24,000 nt of DNA. Source: an uncultured cyanobacterium. Its GTDB lineage: Bacteria > Cyanobacteriota > Cyanobacteriia > Cyanobacteriales > PCC-9333. A model generated the notes under the pieces. It saw only the letters and a program-made list of their open reading frames with translations. It was not told where the DNA came from and did not search any database. Where the stretch lies: positions 52,927 to 76,926 of the forward strand of contig CAVQDG010000052.1 in the NCBI GenBank assembly GCA_963711165.1, given 5' to 3'. The position numbers and the translations under genes were made by a program. Positions within the stretch are counted from its first letter, which is position 1, and each line of letters begins with the position of its first letter. Below, one piece after another: positions 21,779 through 24,000 of this stretch.

Positions 21779-23368
21779 ATGGAAGTTCCCCTAGTTGGTA
21801 AAGTAAAAAGACCTTTAACCTGGGCATTCGGTGTTGTGGCAGCTATCGTAATAGTTGCTGCCATAGGCACTTATATCTTAATTAATCGGTCGTCGCCAAA
21901 AATTGACATAAATCAACTAACAGTGGCGGTTAAATCAGCAACAATTACAGTTCGGATTACAGCTAGTGGTACGGTGATACCGTTTCAGAGTGTCAACCTT
22001 AGCCCGAAAACTTCTGGTCGTTTGGCAAAGTTGTTTGTTGAGCAAGGAGACAAGGTGCAGCAGGGGCAAGAAATTGCCAGGATGGAAAATTCCGAGCTTC
22101 AGGCTCAATTGTTGCAATCTAGAGCTAATTTACAGCAAGCTGAAGCACGTTTTGCAGGGGCGCAAACGGGTCGCCCTGAAGAAATTGCCCAAGCTAGTGC
22201 GCGTTTAGCACAAGCGCAAGCTATTTTGGCACAGGCACAAAATGGTAGCCGTCCTGAAGAAGTTGCTCAAGCTAGTGCGCGTCTGTCACAAGCGCAAGCT
22301 GTTTTGGCACAAGCGGCGGCTAATCGTCCTAGACAGATTGAACAAGGGGAAGCTCAAGTGGCGGCGGCTTCATCGCGGACTAATTTGGCGCAACAACGAC
22401 TGAAACGATATCAAAATTTAAGACAGCAAGGTGCGATCGCTCAAGATAAACTTGATGAGGTAGAAGCAGAATACAGCACGGCTAAAGCTAATACCGCAGA
22501 AGCACAAAGACGTTTGGATCAAGTAATTAACTCGACGAGGCAAGAAATTCGCCAGAAGGAGGCAGCAGTCACAGAATCACAGCTTGGTTTAAGGCAACTG
22601 CAAAAAGGTACTCGCTCTGAGGAAATTGCCCAACGTGCTGCTGATGTGGCACAGGCGCGGGCAGCTTTACAGCAGGCACAAAATGGTCAGAGAAAAGAGG
22701 ATGTAGCACAACTCAGAGCGGCAGTTGATGGTGCTAGAGCGCAGTTTTTAGAGGTACAAGCTCGGTTGCAAGATACCATTATCCGCGCTCCTTTTGCTGG
22801 TACTGTGACGCAGAAGTATGCGACGGAAGGGGCGTTTGTTACACCAACAACATCAGCTTCTAGTACCGCTTCTGCTACTTCTACTTCAATTGTGGCGATC
22901 GCCAAAGACCTAGAAATTAAGGCGAAAGTCCCAGAAGTTGATATTGGACAAATCCAACTTGGACAAATGGTAGAAATTATTGCTGATGCTTATCCAGATC
23001 AGACTTTTAAAGGGCTTGTACGCTTAGTTTCACCTGAAGCTGTACTGGAGCAAAACGTTACTTCTTTTGAGGTGCGGATCGCCCTGCAAACAGGCACTCA
23101 GCAGCTTAAATCGGGGATGAATGTGAATGTCACTTTTTTGGGTAAACAGCTACCCCAAGCAATGCTTGTGCCGACTGTGGCAATTGTCACGGAAAAAGGG
23201 CAGACAGGTGTGCTGGTTCCAGATGCTAAGAATCAACCACAGTTTCGATCTGTGACAATAGGTGCATCAATTCAAGACCAAACACAAATTTTGGAGGGAA
23301 TTAAAGAAGGCGATCGCGTCTTTATTGATCCACCTGAAGGTTATAAATCTCAGAGTAAAAAAATCTAA
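21779..23368 (+). CDS. HlyD/DevB-type periplasmic adaptor (membrane fusion protein)
   Basis: 529 aa. It has an N-terminal signal anchor (LTWAFGVVAAIVIVAAIGTYILI) and a lipoyl-like half-motif (SGRLAKLFVEQGDKVQQGQEIARME). A long A/Q-rich alpha-helical hairpin contains repeated RPEE(I/V)AQA units. Then come IIRAPFAGTVTQ and a C-terminal beta-barrel/MPD-like region. Confidence 0.88.
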   Translation: MEVPLVGKVKRPLTWAFGVVAAIVIVAAIGTYILINRSSPKIDINQLTVAVKSATITVRITASGTVIPFQSVNLSPKTSGRLAKLFVEQGDKVQQGQEIARMENSELQAQLLQSRANLQQAEARFAGAQTGRPEEIAQASARLAQAQAILAQAQNGSRPEEVAQASARLSQAQAVLAQAAANRPRQIEQGEAQVAAASSRTNLAQQRLKRYQNLRQQGAIAQDKLDEVEAEYSTAKANTAEAQRRLDQVINSTRQEIRQKEAAVTESQLGLRQLQKGTRSEEIAQRAADVAQARAALQQAQNGQRKEDVAQLRAAVDGARAQFLEVQARLQDTIIRAPFAGTVTQKYATEGAFVTPTTSASSTASATSTSIVAIAKDLEIKAKVPEVDIGQIQLGQMVEIIADAYPDQTFKGLVRLVSPEAVLEQNVTSFEVRIALQTGTQQLKSGMNVNVTFLGKQLPQAMLVPTVAIVTEKGQTGVLVPDAKNQPQFRSVTIGASIQDQTQILEGIKEGDRVFIDPPEGYKSQSKKI

Positions 23369-23596
23369 GACTCAGATCTTGCACCTAACTAGACAAAGCT
23401 CAAAACCTTGCTGTTGTACCCAGGATTGAAACTTATCAAAACGCTTTCTTTATTTACAACCAAAGCCATTGTGGATGTAGCGACACAATTTGGAGCGATA
23501 TCCTTTCCCCGTCTCAGAGGATTGGTGAATTAAGCCAACAAAGCATATATATTAATGGGCAATACTGTTTTTAGTCAAGTAGAAGAGTATAACAAA

Positions 23597-24000
23597 ATGA
23601 AGTCCAAAATTTTATTGAGCCTAATTGCTATTCCTACCCTTGCTGGCTCAATGCTAACAATGGTTTTGATGACTAATATAGCATCAGCTTCTCAAGCCAT
23701 ACGTGCTACTTCCGAGGCTCAAAAAAATGTTCCAGCCACCCAACCAGTGTCATGTGATTTACCCAAAAACTCCACAATCAAGTCCTCTTTGCTACCTGGC
23801 ACTTCTAGAGGAATTTTAATTGCATCATCAACCACTATCCCAGTTGAGTATCCTACTCCTAGCTTCAGTGAAGCAGGAAGTGATCCAGGTGAGTATCCTA
23901 CCTCTGACTTCAGTGAAGCTGAAAGTGATGCAGCAGTGGCTCTCTTTAGCTGCGATTGCCCAAGTTGCATCAGTGCGTTGCGTCAGTTACGTACTCAACC
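23597..24000 (+). CDS. Secreted hypothetical protein, 3' end cut by the window edge (not in the supplied ORF track)
   Basis: My manual translation from ATG 23597 stays open to the window end: MKSKILLSLIAIPTLAGSMLTMVLMTNIASASQA... This is a signal-peptide-like N-terminus with an ASA|SQA-type cleavage context. It then has an internal repeat EYPTPSFSEAGSD / EYPTSDFSEAESD and a Cys cluster CDCPSC. An in-frame alternative ATG lies at 23555. Confidence 0.55.
   Translation, partial: MKSKILLSLIAIPTLAGSMLTMVLMTNIASASQAIRATSEAQKNVPATQPVSCDLPKNSTIKSSLLPGTSRGILIASSTTIPVEYPTPSFSEAGSDPGEYPTSDFSEAESDAAVALFSCDCPSCISALRQLRTQ

Noticed and set aside
20100-22905. Small ORFs inside or antisense to the second kinase and the HlyD-type gene (20100-20393, 20341-20523, 21120-21395, 21935-22117, 21990-22208, 22687-22905)
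   Set aside because: All are nested within strongly supported genes, either in other frames or on the other strand, and none has independent support.
23411-23432. The sequence ctgttgtacccaggattgaaac ends in the GATTGAAAC motif typical of some cyanobacterial CRISPR repeats
   Set aside because: It occurs only once, with no regularly spaced repeats and no cas genes in the window. At most it is a degenerate orphan repeat, and more likely a coincidence.
23719-23970. 83-aa minus-strand ORF in the supplied track
   Set aside because: It lies entirely antisense to a longer open frame (23597 to the window end) that has a convincing signal peptide and repeat structure. Its own translation is low-complexity (S/L/G-rich) with no start context.
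1-24000. Search for tRNA or rRNA genes, transposase or integrase genes and prophage or island boundaries
   Set aside because: I recognised no cloverleaf-compatible sequence, rRNA-like conserved block or recombinase or transposase ORF. The only candidate mobile DNA is the non-autonomous MITE-like repeat at 6426-6556.

Overview
The window looks like chromosomal DNA from a filamentous, probably heterocyst-forming (Nostocales-type) cyanobacterium. By eye I count at least about 25 copies of the HIP1 octamer GCGATCGC, many tandem heptanucleotide (STRR-type) tracts at gene boundaries, and GC-rich hairpin repeats in intergenic regions. I support 17 protein-coding genes and see no rRNA, tRNA, CRISPR array, transposase or integrase. 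In order, the genes are: a REC-REC-GGDEF response regulator (5' truncated) with an adjacent Hpt protein; an ABC exporter; a small hypothetical protein; a membrane PAS histidine kinase whose N-terminus resembles the plant ETR1 ethylene-binding domain; an alpha/beta hydrolase; a MalK-like ABC ATPase; a Rieske/PaO-type oxygenase divergent from an FAD monooxygenase; a three-gene operon at 12386-15002; a GyrA-family topoisomerase subunit; a CheY-like regulator; a secreted TPR protein; a soluble PAS histidine kinase; a HlyD/DevB-type adaptor; and a 3'-truncated secreted protein that is missing from the ORF track. The best candidate for an undescribed system is the 12386-15002 operon. It encodes a MotA/ExbB-like channel protein with a coiled-coil tail of about 230 aa, followed by two ExbD/TolR-like paralogs. 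Only one paralog keeps the transmembrane Asp. The window contains no TonB, TonB-dependent receptor, Pal or peptidoglycan-binding partner. The operon also sits in the longest HIP1-free stretch of the window. All domain calls come from motif recognition by eye; no database search was run.
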